Shown one piece after another: positions 1 to 13,647 of a stretch of DNA of 64,000 bases (the stretch's first letter is position 1; each line of letters opens with the position of its first letter). The translations under genes and the position numbers were made by a program. The stretch spans positions 144,400,001-144,464,000 of the forward strand of contig NC_086097.1 in the NCBI RefSeq assembly GCF_963921235.1. Reading direction: 5' to 3'. The notes under the pieces are model-generated. The model was not told the origin of the DNA. It searched no databases and worked only from the letters and a program-made list of their open reading frames with translations. The stretch is from Mobula hypostoma. Its lineage: Eukaryota.

Positions 1-1837
1 TTAATAAAGCTTTAGTCACAAATCTTGATGTCTTCTTCTTTGTCAATCTAATGTTGAGGCACTTCACTTCACTGAAAGGTTTGGCTTCATTTCTTTATTG
101 TTAGCACAGATGGTTGCTCCACTTGCTTAATTATAATATACTTGCATGAAAGGTCTTGATATGCAGTCTAAATGAAACATTTTTTCTGATATATTGGTTG
201 ACCTAAACTTTAAACCAGTTGTCTCAAATGCTTTATCTTCACTAGCATGATTAAATAGTGAATTATGACATGGACTAACAAATTCATCTCATTTAATGTT
301 TGATTTGTAAAGTGTATACATTTTAAAAAAGAACCTTTCCAGGGAATTTCTATGTTTATGTTTTTACTTTTTTCTTAAGGTTGGGGTATTACTGATGGCC
401 TGGCATCTATTGTCTATGCCAAGTGAGAATGAGGTTGTATATCTTCTTATTTCTGCTCATTGCTGAAGAACATAATCAATGGAAATATGGAAGTTCTGAG
501 AATTAAATTTTGAAGGAACTGTAAACCTGGTGACAGTTCCAGAAGTAAAAAGCCATCCTCACCCTGTCCTAAACCTGTACATGCTGAAGAAGATCTGCAC
601 TATAACACAGCTCCCCATTGCCTCAAAGTGTTCTCATAACCTAGTGCTGCACCAAAAGGACTGGAACAGTAGATCTCAGTGGTGTTGGCTGGCTTTCAGG
701 AGTAGCACGTTTGCTCTTGTGTAAGCTCACTGGAGCTTAACTGTTCTTCCTAATTCAAATACCACTACAGAGAAATACCAATGAATGTGAATGCTGTCTT
801 AATATCATTCAGGAAAGAAACTAACAGCCCTAATCTTTCTTGGTTGATAATCTTTCCACAAACCTGATATTCTGTCTTTCTATGTGAGGAGGTTAAGGCC
901 TGTTACTGAAGAAACCATGGAAACTTGCTGCAATACATTCTGTGGTTAGTACTCTGTAACTTTCTAGGAAAGCATTACTTCAACATTGTAAGTTAATGGT
1001 TCCTTTCAAGGTACAGCAGGAGATCTCTGCCAACCATCTCAACCTGTGCACTGTGAAGTATGTGACACAAATGCTTAATTTCTCTAAATTTCACCATGGA
1101 ACATACATTTACTTTATCTCCCTGGCCTCTCCGGGCTTACTTCTTAGAATAGAAAGGGGGTCTGTCCCACAGATGTGCACTAGGACCATGGCCAAATATA
1201 CCCAAAGGAGCTCACAATGTCAGTGTTTTACACCAGTACTTTTTACATCATTAAACATGTGCAACATCATTTGAATTATCTGTGTAGATATTAGCTTACC
1301 CTACTGAGAAAGCTGAAGGTTGGCATAGTGAAGAAACATCAGATGGTAGAAACGTGGTAGAGCATGTCAATGGTATTCTCAGGTAAAGTTCACACCTGAA
1401 TTGATGGGGCAAGGTTGATGCACTGGCAGAAATGTATCAATAAGGTCCAGCCAAGAGGTCCAAAACTGTTATTAATCAGCCTGTATCCAACATTAGGCAT
1501 TTCCGCAGACTCAGAAGACCTCCACATTGACCTCTGCTGTTTTTGTTGGAAAATGGGGAATAGTCCCCAGTACAGACATAGAATCATTTAGTTTTGTAAC
1601 ATCTTTTAGTATACTGAAAGTCACTTGACCTATCATGATTAGCACCTTGATAGATCAATTTCAAAGATCCACTCACACCAGTACTGCAAGTGTTTTCTTT
1701 TCAGCTACATATTTAATTCCTTTCCGAAGAACTACTGTGTGCTTATTTTCACACCCTTTTAATCAGTACACTGTTGAACATAATTTAAAAAATACTCCTT
1801 GTGTTCTCACTGCTTTATTTTAACTAGTTGGCCCATA

Positions 1838-2140
1838 AGACCATAGGACATAGGAACTGAATTAAACCATTCTACCCATCGAGTCTGCTCCTCCATTCGT
1901 TCATAGCTGATTTATTATCGCTCTCAAACCTATTCTCCTACCCATAACATTCAATCCTTACTAATCAAGAACCTATCGACCTCTGCTTTCAATATATCCA
2001 ATTACCCAAATGACTTGGCCTCCACAGCCATCTGTGGTAATGAATTCCACAGATTTACCACCAGTTACCAATGTGGCCAATGGTGACATCCTGAAGGCAG
2101 TTCATGAAACGTTCTGGTTCCCAGATTTCCTACCAGTGAA
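1838..2140 (-). mobile_element. CR1-type LINE 3' remnant
   Basis: Reverse complement resembles the CR1 3' UTR and ORF2 end seen at 34400-34712 (e.g. gaattccacagatttaccacc); ccataag tail repeats. Confidence 0.7.
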
Positions 2141-2399
2141 AATAGTTTCTCTCTACTGCATTAAAACAGATTATTATTCTAAACACCTGTAATAAATCTC
2201 CATTATTCATTTATGCAGTCCTACTGCATGGAAATAGGCCCTGTTGCTGACCAAATCCACGTTGACCATGAAGTACTATTTACACTAAACCCATTTATTC
2301 TCCCCATATTCCCCATCAACTTCCCCCAGATTCTGCTACTAGGGTTAATTTATAAGCAACTGATCTGCACAGGACTGTAGGAAACTGCAGGGAGATGTT

Positions 2400-2850
2400 G
2401 ACACAGTTCAACACATCATGGGGACCAGCTTCCCCTCTGAGGAGTCTGTCTACACTTTTCGTTACTTCAGTAAAGCAGTCAGTATAATCAAGGACCCCAC
2501 TCACCCCCGACATTCTCTCTTCTTCCCCCTCTCTCATCAGCAAGAAGATACAAAAGCCTGAAGGCACGTACCACCAGGCTCAAAGGCAGTTTCTATCCGG
2601 CTGTTGTCAGACTCTTGTTTGATAAGGTGGACTCTTGGCCTCACACGCTACATTGTTGTGATCTTGCCCTTTATTGTTTACCTGCACTGCACTTTCCCTG
2701 TAGCTTTTACACTTTATCTGGCACTGTTGTTGTTTTACCTTATTTTACCTCAATGTACTGCGTCATGATTTGATCTGTATAGGCAGTATGCAAGAAAAAC
2801 TTTTCACTGTTTCTTGGTATATGTGACAACAATAAACCACTACCAATATG
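2400..2850 (+). mobile_element. Rex1/Babar-like LINE 3' fragment inside a minus-strand V-SINE
   Basis: Similar to 14560-14950 (ataatcaaggacccc...ctgaaggcac...gtgacaacaataaacc); V-SINE-like sequence at about 2215-2395 and 2860-2930 on either side. Confidence 0.65.
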
Positions 2851-3701
2851 AATACTAATTCTCACATCCTTGTGATATGGGACAAAGCTAGAGCACTGTA
2901 TGGTCACAGCAAGAATGTGAAAACTCTATGTTGATAGCAGTGGGCTTCTAAGTCGTAGAGCTGTAAGGCAACGGCTCTATCAGTTACTCTATTGTACACC
3001 CACATTTGCACCACTCCATGGACCTGGTATCCTCCCTCTTGTTTATACAAGATCATTTCATGATAGAAAGGACACTGTCCATTTAATTTTCCAAGGAAAT
3101 GTTTGTCAATTTTGTGGAAAATCAAACAAAGCATTAACACCCCACTTCCCCACAATTTATTTTACAGGTTTATAACTTATTTTGACAAGTTACAACCGAA
3201 GTCCTCACTATGTCTGACCATGATAATCTGCCATTATCCTCTCAGGTTTCAGCACCACTTTAACTTCTTTCAGTACAGTGCAAATCTTAGACATATGTAT
3301 ATATGTGTATATAGCTAGGGCACCTCTAGCATAGTACTGTAATAATTTTATATATTTTCATAACCAATTAACCTACAAACTTGTGTGCCTTTGGAAACAG
3401 GAGGACCCAGGGGAAATCCACGTGGTCACAGGGAGAACGTACAAACTCTGTACAGGCAGCTGCAGGAATTGAACCTGGGTCGCTGGAACTGTAAAGTGTT
3501 GAGCTAACCACTACGTTACTATGCCACCGGATCAATAAATCATTTGTTTGGAATCAAAAGACGTTGCTGGGGGTGCCTGCACCCACGCCAACCCCCGCCA
3601 CTGGCACTCATTCTCCTGCAAGCGCTCCACCTCTGCCTTTCCCAATGTCTTTTGCTCCCACCAGGGTTACAAACTTGCTCTCTGCTGCACATTGAGAAAT
3701 A

Positions 3702-3768
3702 CAGTGCTGTGCAAATGTCTTAGGCACCTTTGCTATATTTATGTGCCTAAGACTTTTGCACAGTACTG
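3702..3768. mobile_element. 67-bp Tc1/mariner-type MITE
   Basis: Inverted repeats cagtgctgtgcaaatgtcttaggcac / gtgcctaagacttttgcacagtactg flanked by TA on both sides; a decayed relative lies at about 3271-3339. Confidence 0.8.
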
Positions 3769-4536
3769 TATCAAACCAAAACTGAAACATAATTTTTTCG
3801 AACAGAGGTATCTCTAGAAAGAAAAATAGAATTAATGTTTTAGTTGTAAGGACCTTTCCAAAACTGGAAGATATTTGAATAGGAAAATAACTTAAAGTGA
3901 ATAATTTCAGCAATTAATCCATGAATGTATTAATGTAAAATTTTCTCTTTCTACCACTTGAAGCAGTTATATTTTAAATTCTTTGTTAAACAAGTAAAGG
4001 AAAGAGAATGTGGTAATCACACTGTAACACACTCATCTGCAATACCAGTTCCACCCCAAGGTCACTCGAGTAAATAAATCCACTGATGGCGTGGGAGGTC
4101 AAGCAATGGAGATACTGTTTACTTCATAAGTGACGTTCAACAAATGGGGGCAAAATGAGTCACTCGCAAAGCAAATGAATTAATCAACTTCTTTCCTCCA
4201 TGTACTGCAGCTCCAAAATCCATGAGATGATCTAATCATTATTGAAACCTTACTGCAGAGGGTTTAGTACATTATGTCAGTTTTTTGTGTGTGATTTAAG
4301 CAGCTATTTTTAAAACGTGCCCTGATGTGATTCCACTTATTTTCCCAAATATTTTCTAGACTTGGTAGATTTTGTTTCTGCTTAAGTTGTTCACCCTTTC
4401 CTAATTTTGAATTTCTCAATCACCTCTACAGTTCCAACAATTCCTTAAATTAAGAACATTTATTTGACTTGATCTGTGTTGAATCCACTAAGATCTCATG
4501 GAACGTCAGCTTTATTGATGACATCACAATTTAAGT

Positions 4537-4860
4537 ACAGGGGAGCTGCTGTGCTCACAGGGGAGCTGCTGTCTCACAACTCTAGTAACATTGTGTTTGA
4601 TCCTAATCTCCGATCGGCCTCCGTGGAACTTTCACATTCTCCCTTCGACCATACGAGTCTCCCTCAGGTGCTCCAATTTCATCCCACTTCCCCAAAACAC
4701 GCTAATTAGTGGGTTAACTTACCACTGTAAATTGCACCAAATCTGAAGTAAATGTTGGGAGAATGAGTGGGAATTGTATCGATGTAAAGTAAATGGGTGC
4801 TTAATGGTCAGCAGTGATACACTTGGTATAAGAGCTCAATTTCATGCTTTCTGAATCTAT
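4537..4860 (+). mobile_element. V-domain (HE1-like) tRNA-derived SINE
   Basis: Core cacattctccc...ggtgctccaatttcatcccac...ggttaa...taaattgc. Related copies at about 3360-3530(-), 5430-5700, 8800-8984, 35680-35800, 40855-41125, 42500-42900(-), 47435-47730 and 54390-54720. Confidence 0.65.
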
Positions 4861-5774
4861 GATTCTTATTCTTGCTGTCCACAATAATTCACACATGCCC
4901 ATGTAAAATTTGGTCTTCAAAAAGTGCAGTGTCTTTTTTTTAAGATGGAAATCTGACCATAAATTAGCTAATGCCTTCACTAAAGTAGAAATTTTTAAGA
5001 GCCTTTCCTAATGAGATGAAATGGATCGGGTGCAGTACAAACCAGAAGTGATCTGTAGAACACATGGATTTGATAAAGTCTTATGGTCTTTAAATAAACC
5101 TAAGTACAGTGTGCTGAGTCAGCAAATATGCATTAGCACAGAGAACATGTGGAGAATTAGAGCCTCCACTGGGACATTATTGCCTGCTAGCACACCTTTG
5201 ATGTTCAAGAATTTACAACATAAGTGGACAAGATTCATCTCATCTTCTGGAAATAACTTGACTCCTGAATTTAGAGTGGCAATCCAAGATATTAACAAGA
5301 AACAAAGCAGGATAAGTAATGCTCACAGGAGAATGAACCTATAAACAAGTCTTCATGCCAGGAGGTCTTCAGCTAACTCATTAATGGGTTTTCCATAATC
5401 TGTTGATTTACAATTCCAATAACAAAACCATTATGATACAGTTAGGTTCCATCCTGTCCTTGTGGGCTGTCTCTGTGCAGTTTCCCATGTTCTACCCATG
5501 ACCCTGTGAGTTCCTTTGGGAACTCTGATATCATTTTATATTGAAAGATGTCCTTGTAGGTTAATCGGCTATTATAAACCATATTATGATCGTAAGTGGC
5601 ACAAGAGCCAAAATGGAAAGTTTGTGAGCATAAGGCGGAGAAGGGCTATAGGAGAATAAGATGAAGAGGAGTTAGGAATCACAGGAGGTGATATGGACTG
5701 GTTATGTCAAAAGGCTTCCTTTTATGTCATAATAGTATGGTTATTGTAGTATTAATGACTAATGGCAAACATTC

Positions 5775-6200
5775 AAGCTGAATAGGTTAGGATTTTATTC
5801 CCTAGAGTGTGGAAGAATGAGGGGAGTTTTGATAGAAATATACAAAATTGTGAGCAATATAAATAAGGTAAAGGTAAGCAGGCTTGTTTTTTTCACTGAG
5901 GTTGGGTGAGACTAGAACCAGAGGTCATGGGTTAAGGGTGGAAGATGGAATGTTTAAGGGGAACATGAGGGGGGGCTTCTACACTCAGAGGGTGGTGAGA
6001 GTGTGGAACAAACTGCCTGTGTAAGTGCCGTATGCAGGTTCAATTTCAACATTTAAGAGAAGTTTGGATAGATCCAGAGATGGGAGGTTTATGGAGGGCT
6101 ATGGTTCAGTTGCCGGTTGATGAAACTAGGCAGATCAGTAGTTCAGCACTGACTGGATGGGCCCAAGGACTTGTTTTTGTGCTGTGGTTCTCCGTGACTC
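5775..6200 (+). mobile_element. CR1-type LINE 3' remnant
   Basis: Decayed RRMRGDLIE.YKI...RTRGH.L...F.TQRVV..WN.LP ORF2 end plus 3' UTR. Similar + strand remnants at about 20190-20890, 29640-30190 and 58280-58545. Confidence 0.75.
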
Positions 6201-8984
6201 TGCAACTTTATTCCTGCAGTCTTCAAAGTTCCAAGCTGTGACCTGAAGAATTTCCAGCACTTGTCATTCAATGTGAACTTCTAGGTAATGCACCATTGAT
6301 CAGGGGAGGAAAGAATGTGATTATAAATTAACCCCACTCTAGCAGGAGCACTTCAAAAGAAAATGTTAGTGCAACCATTTTATAATGTAGGAAAAAAAGC
6401 ATTTGTGGATGATTCGCGACCTAGCTTCCAGTGTAGAATATAACCACTGAACCATTGCTAACATCTTCATTGGACAAATCTTTTCTACTTTATCCAACAG
6501 TCAAAAATATGACATTTCAATGACCCAGAGAAGCTAACCTTGTAGAGCTTGGAAAGCTCTGTCAACGGGCATTTTCCAGGGATAGTCATGTTTTATTTTA
6601 TTATAAGCAAATACTGACATTTTCAGTCATGTTTAAAGAGAGAGTGACAAATCTATACCCACGAGAATGGTACACTCATCTAGAGCTGCATATAGACTTA
6701 GATCTGGTCTTAGTCCCAGATGATTAATCTAAGCCTGAGTTGGTTGCTGATTATCTTACCTGTAGATTTCTGGTCTCAGAGCCAGTTTAATCTCCTAACA
6801 CCCACCATCCAGTGTGATCTGGAGACCAGGAGTATGCCCAACTTTAGGATAGGGACAGACACCAGGACCATTCTTGGTTTACCCACAGGATGAGGAGATG
6901 GCAAGGGGAGTCAAATGCTATTTGGCTTTTCAGCTGTAATGCCCATAGTGCTCCTCCTGGTCTTTGCACCTTTACCTAATGATGTCATGACCCAGTACTT
7001 TTAAGGCTTTGAGCTACCTTTTAGATTCCTGGGACCAGTTAGCAAGTCTGCAGTCAGGACAGTGCATAATGAGGGGGCAGATGAGACAGAAATGGGGCTC
7101 CAAGGATATTGAGTGGAAGCCCACCAAAGGTCACGAAGAATTGAGTTGAAGTCTGGTGCAGTTCATTCCATATTTTACAAATATTAATGAGAGAGGGATT
7201 TTTATTCCACTCCAGTCCAGCAGTGAATGGATTGTATTCTGATTCATGACATCATCTAGGTCTGCCTCATGTTTTTCCATCTGACCCTCAAGCTTGCTTC
7301 AGAATACCACTGGGTACATTTTTAGATGAATGCTCTGTTATTGCATAAGAATATGAATAATGTTATATGTTGACAGGTGCACTCACATAGTCACTGAATA
7401 AACCCCACCATCAGGCTAGGGACTGGCACACAGAGCTGTTTACATGAAACTTGTTGTCCAGGGCATTTGTTGCTTGGCAACGCCTCAAATCTGTAGATGC
7501 ATAGAATGCACATTTATTGGAAAGAAATGCTTACATTATTTGGCACTTATCATGACCTCAGGGCAGTCCAAAATGTGTTATAGCCAGTTACGTATGTGTG
7601 TGGCTTAGTCTCTTGTGTAATGCTGAAATCTCAGCAGTTAAATTGTACACGCCAGAGCCAAACGCAAAGCGATAAAAGATTAGATAATTGTGTAAGGTGT
7701 TAGCTGAGGGATAAGGGTTTGCCAAGAGAACTCATCTGCCAATAGTTCTGTGCAGCCTTTTAGAGAGCAGCTAGGTCTCGGTTAATTATCTCACCCATCA
7801 AAAAACACATCTAACCATGCTGAAATCTCTGTGCTACACTTAAGAGTCAACCGAGAGTCTGTGTTTACTTCTCTGAAGCAGACTGGAACTTATAACCTGC
7901 TGACTGAGATGCCAGAACACTACCATCTGCTGCAGAAGCTCAGTGGGTTGAGCAGCATCTGTGGGGGAAGGGAGTTGTCGATATTTTGGGTCAAAACCCT
8001 GTATCAGAACATCTTGTGTTTCCAATTTGCTGCCATTGAGCTGAGGTTATGTCAAAATTGAATTCATTGATCCCACATCTGTAGGTAATCTCAAGGGTAT
8101 GAAGTGCTTGGAGATGTGGCTTCAATCCATGACACCTATTGACTGACATTTGAACATGGGATTTTGCTGATCTCTGTTTGGTGCTTGTACAGATATGTCT
8201 CTCTCCTGCCTGACTGAGCGATTCAGCTGTCAGTATTGTTAGCAAAGAGACAGAAGTTTGTGGGTTCAAGCCCCGTATGTGATTTTGGAATATAGAAATA
8301 AAAGAACTGCTGCTATTTTTAAAAAGGCTGATATTTATAGTCCATAGTTTTCCTTGAGGATGTGCAAGTTGTCCACCTTACTGGGCTGGGAATGAACACA
8401 CATGCAAGAGCAGGTTTTGTTACTTCACAGGTGAGATTTACATAGTTTCAACAGTTCTTGTCATCACTTAGATACAAGCTTTTTATTTCTAAATACTTTA
8501 AATCAAATGCAATTTTTCCGACTATATTGGGAAAATGAAATGATATGGATCACACACAAGCCTGTGTTGCACAATCATTCTGTCATTTTCCCTGTACAGT
8601 TTACAGACTCTGGATTCTTGCAAAGGGTTAACTTGTGTGATGCATTCACAGTCAAACTATAGGTGAGATCGACAGCCAGTTTGCAAGTTCCTTCAGATGG
8701 CAATAACTGACCCATTAATATTGTTCAGGGCATTGGCAGTTATACAAATGTGTAATCATGTGTAACATAATTGTCTGCCCATTTCATTTGGGTGAGCACA
8801 ATGTCTCAGCAGGCAGTACTGCTGCCTACCATCTCGAATGACCAGGTACAAAACTGATCATTAGATCTGTGTGTGTGATTTTTGCGTGTTCTCCCCATGA
8901 CATGTGGGTTTCCTCAGTTTTCTCATGCATCTCAAAATGGTTAACTTACTAGGTTAATTGGCTATTTAATTTGCCCGTGCTGTC

Positions 8985-9546
8985 CATATCAGTGGCCACT
9001 GTATCAGGTACACCTGTACACCTGCTCACTATTTTGAAGATCTATTCAGCCAGTCACGTTTCATCACCTCAATGCATAAAAAAATGCAGACATGGTCAAG
9101 AGGTTCAGTGTTCTTCAGACCAAACATCAGAATGAGGAAGAGATGTGATCTAAGTGACTTTGACGTTGGTGTCAGATGGGTTGGTTTGAGTAACTCAGAA
9201 ACTGCTGATTTCCTGAGATTCTCAGACACAACAGTCTCTAGAGTTTACAGACAATGGTTCAAAAAACCCCCAAAAAATAGTCCAGTGAGTGGCAGCTGCG
9301 TGGGTGAAAATTCCTTGTTAATGAGAGAGGTCAGAGGAGAATGGCCAGACTGGTTAACACTGACAGGAAGGTGACAGCAACTCAAATAACCACGCGTTCC
9401 AACAGAGGTGTGCAGAGGAACATCTGTGAATGCAGAACATGTCGAATCTTGAAACGAATGAGCTACAGTGGGAAAAGACTACAAACATTCTCTCAGAAGC
9501 CTTTTTATCGGGTACAGGAGGTAGCTAATAAATTGGACACTGAGTG
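8985..9546 (+). mobile_element. Non-autonomous Tc1 transposon (transposase N-terminal HTH remnant)
   Basis: CDLSDFD...GLSNSETADFLRFSDTTVSRVYRQW and MARLVNTDRKVTATQITTR are Tc1 DNA-binding-domain-like; termini cagtggccac... / ...ttggacactgagtg; inserted into a V-SINE. Confidence 0.85.
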
Positions 9547-10957
9547 CAGGTGGGAGGTATGAGAATCAAAGTAGAGGTGATGACCATGTGAGAGAGTAAA
9601 TGGGGATGATCTGGAAGCTGTTATAGAATTGATGGGATGAATAACCTCTATCTTTGTTGTAAGAGAATATAAGAAATTAAAAACCAGCTCTATTGCATAT
9701 GTAATTGATGAAGAACGAACAAAAAAAATCATGAAACCACTTTCTTCACTTACCTGCACTTTTGGATCATCTTGGACATCTCAGCCCTTTCTAAACTATA
9801 TTTTCTTTTTTTCCCTTAGGCAGCTTGTTCAGTAATCCCATGCAGAGTGGGGCTTGCTCAGCAGTCATTGCTCGCCTCAGCTGGAGTATTATGTCCAAAT
9901 CTGGAAATCTGATCTCAAGGCGATACTAAGACCTTAGAGAGGTAGCAGATGACATTTATTAAAAAAATCACTTAAGGGTTCAGGATGATTTGTGGGAAAG
10001 AGCAGCGAATCCTTTCCATGGAGCAGAGAAAGTCAAGTAGAAATTTTACAGTTTTCAATTTATGATGGATTTTGGTGTAGTGTCCATTGGGAGGAATTAG
10101 TCATTTTCAAAAGGATTATGTATAAATATATGAAAGGGAAAAAATTGCAGGAATTTGTGGAAAGTGAAGCAAAGAGCAACTAATTAGTTAACTCCTTCAA
10201 AGACTAGCTAAGGGATAGTGAACTGAATTGCCTCCACTTTCTCATATGATTCTAGATGTACAGCCAAATTAATTTCACACCTTCTTCTCTCGGATGGGAA
10301 TCTGGATTCATTCAGTAAATTTCCTTTACTAATGTAGAAAAGGAGGACTTTTATTCCTGCTTACAGACCCAATCTACAAACAATGTGGTACAATTTTTCT
10401 CATAAACAAAAAGAGGATCTGTATGAAATGGCTTTTCCAGTGGCCACTGTACAGTACAGAAACAGGCCCTTTGCTCAATGATGCCTGTGCCAACCTTGAT
10501 GAACATCTACACTTAACATATCTGTGTGCACATGAACTAGGTTCCTCCATCCCCAGCTTGTATGTGTGCTTCTCTAAATACCTCTAAAACACTGCTATCA
10601 TATTAGCCTCCACTTCATTATACCACACATTCTAGGCAGCTATTACTCGCTGTCTGAAGTAGACTTACCTCACATATATCTTTTTCAAATTTCCTCCTCT
10701 CACCTTAAAACTATACACTCTTAGCATTTGCTATATCCACTATGGGAAGAAGCCCATGAATATATACTCCATCTATGCCTTTCATAATTTTAACTACTTC
10801 TTTCAGGTTGTTACTCAGTCCATAATGGTCCTGAGAAAACAAAGTAAGCTTGTCCAACCTATCTTTATATCTATTACTGTCTATCTGAGGCAACATCAAA
10901 GTGAACATCTTTTGCACCTTCTCCAAAGCCTCCACATCCTCTGAATCATCCTCTGAA

Positions 10958-11340
10958 GTTTAGAAAAATGGGGAGGGATCTTATTGAAATGTACCAACTA
11001 TTGAAAAGCCCAAAGAGAGTAGACGTGCAGAAGATGTTTCTAATAGTGGAAGAGACTAGGACTAGATGGCACAGCCACAGAATAGAACAGAGATGAGGAA
11101 GAATTTCTTTAACTAGAGGGTGGTGATTCTGAAGAATTCATGGCCACCGACAGCTGTGGAGGGCAAGTCATTGGGTATACTTAAAGAGTAAGTTGATAGG
11201 TACTTAATTAGTAAGTGCATCAAAGATTATGGAGAGAAGGCGGGAGAATTGGGTTGACAGAGTAAATAAATCAGCCATGATCAAATGGCAGAGCAGACTT
11301 GATGGGCTGAATGGCCTAATTCTGTTGCTATAACTTATGG
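10958..11340 (+). mobile_element. CR1 3' fragment inserted antisense into the old CR1
   Basis: agtttagaaaaatgggagggatcttattgaa...gatgggctgaatggcctaattctg 3' end; the host minus-strand CR1 resumes after about 11340. Confidence 0.75.
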
Positions 11341-13647
11341 TAACACGAAGACCTAATCAGCACACATTACTCCAAATATGGTCTAAACAAAGGTTTGTAC
11401 AGCTGGAACATAAATTCACAACTTTTATAGTCAATGCCCCAATGTATAAAGCCAAGAATGCTATACACCTTCTTTACTGCCCTCTCTATTTGTGTTGCTA
11501 CATTCAGGAAGTTGAGGAGTGGTACCCTAATATTTGTCTATACCTAGGGGTCCTGCCATTTACTATATGCTTCCTTCTCATATTGGGCATCCTAAGGAGT
11601 GATGCCTCACACTTCTTCAGATTAAATTCCATCTGCCATTTCTCTCCCTGTATTTCCAACTGATCTATATCTTCTTGTATCTCTTGACAACCTTCTTCAT
11701 TACCCACAAATCCAATAATTTTTATACTGTCTGCAAACTTACGAATCAGCCAACCTACATTCTGTCCAAAACATTTATATATATCACAAACAATAGAGGC
11801 TAGAGCACAAGTCACTGTAGAACACCATGGGTCACAGACCTCAAGATAAAATAACTCTCCTCCATCACTACTGTCTGTTGGAATCTAACCTACTAAATTT
11901 CTGTAGATCCCATGTGCCCTAATCTCCTTGATAGGTATACCATGAGTACTTGTACTGTATGCTTTACTGAAGTCTGTTCAGACAACATCTACTGCTCTTT
12001 CCTCATCGATCTTCAACACCTTCTCAAAAACTCAGTCATGGCTGTAAGATATGATCTCTCCGGTACAAAGCCATGTTAACTATCCCTACTAAATCTAAGC
12101 CGTTCCAGATTTCCCATCCCTCAGAATCTCTACTACTGATGTAAGGCTCGCCGGACTATAATTCCTCATTTTGTTCCTTCCTATTGTCGTTTCTAAACAA
12201 AGCAAAGCATTGATTATTCTCTAGTCATCTGGGTCTTTGCCGTTGACTATTGAGGATGCAAAGATCCCTATCAAGTCCACAGAAAACTCTTCTTGACTCC
12301 ATAAATAATCTGCTATATATCCCACCACCCTCTTCAGAAGGCCCAGCACTGCCCCATTCTTGATACCTCCATGCTCTAGAGTATCAGCATAACCTCTATG
12401 CTCTCACGGTCCTCCATATTCTTCTCCTTGGTGAGTATCGATGTGAAGTACTTCTTTTGTTCCTCACCCACCTCCTCTGGCTCCAGGCATAAATTCCTGC
12501 AATTGCCCATGTGCAGCCTTACCTCTTGCTATAATTATTTGTCTATGTAAAATATATTTATACATTTATTAACACAAATGTATTTATTTCGATTCTCCTT
12601 AATTCACTCGGCAAGGACATTTCATCACCCCTTTTAACTCTCTTGATCCCCTGTTTAAGTTCTTTCCTGTTTCCTTTTCAGTCCTCAAGGGCTTTATTAG
12701 GTTTCAGCTTTCTAATCCTTGCATATGCTTCCTTTTACTTCTTTGACTAAGTTTGTAACATCTCTCATCATCCAAGGTTTGCAGTCATTGCCATCCTTGC
12801 CTTTCTTCCCCTTAGGAGCATGCTAGTCCTGGAAGGTGACCAGTTGACATTCCATATGGTTCTCACGTGTCATGTGTGGACTTACCCAATAATAGCCAGT
12901 CCCAATCTGCTCTCCCCTCCTCCGGCTTATGTTGGGAAATTGCTGTTGTAATTAGCCTTTCCCCAATTTAGCACTTTCCACTGAAGTCCAGTTTTATCTT
13001 CTTCCATAGCTATCTGAAACCTTAGGCTTTTGGACTCTGTTCCCACAATCCATCTCCCACAGAAACTCTGAACAGGCTCATTTCCAAATATAAGGTCTAG
13101 CTTAATCCATTTCCCAGATGAATTTTTTACATCATGTCTCAAGAAACTTTCTTGGATTCACCTACCAAACTCTGCCCCTTCTAAAACAGTAAGGGAGTCC
13201 TGGTAAATACACTAGCAAGACTCTCTGGGAGGGTATAGGTGACCTTCCAGTTTAGATTCAAGCTATCCTTATACAGATTACTGATGTTCTCCTGTCTGTG
13301 CCAGTTCCTTAGCCACACATTCAACTGTAGTACCATCCTATTTCTTGCCTCGCTGGCATGTGGCACAAGGGGCCACCCTGGAATTATAACCCTGGAGATC
13401 TCGTCTTTTGACTTTCTACATAACTTACTAAATTCTCTTTGCAGGACTCAATCTCTCTGCCTGCCTATGTTATTAATACCTATATAGACTACCCCCTTTG
13501 GCTGCTCACTCTTCATTTTCAAAGTGTCTTACACACACTCAGAGACATCCTTGACACTGGCACCAGAGAGGCAACACACCATCCTAGAGTCTCATTCATA
13601 GCCACAGAAATGTCTGTCTATGCCCTTGACTAAAAGGTCTCCTATCA

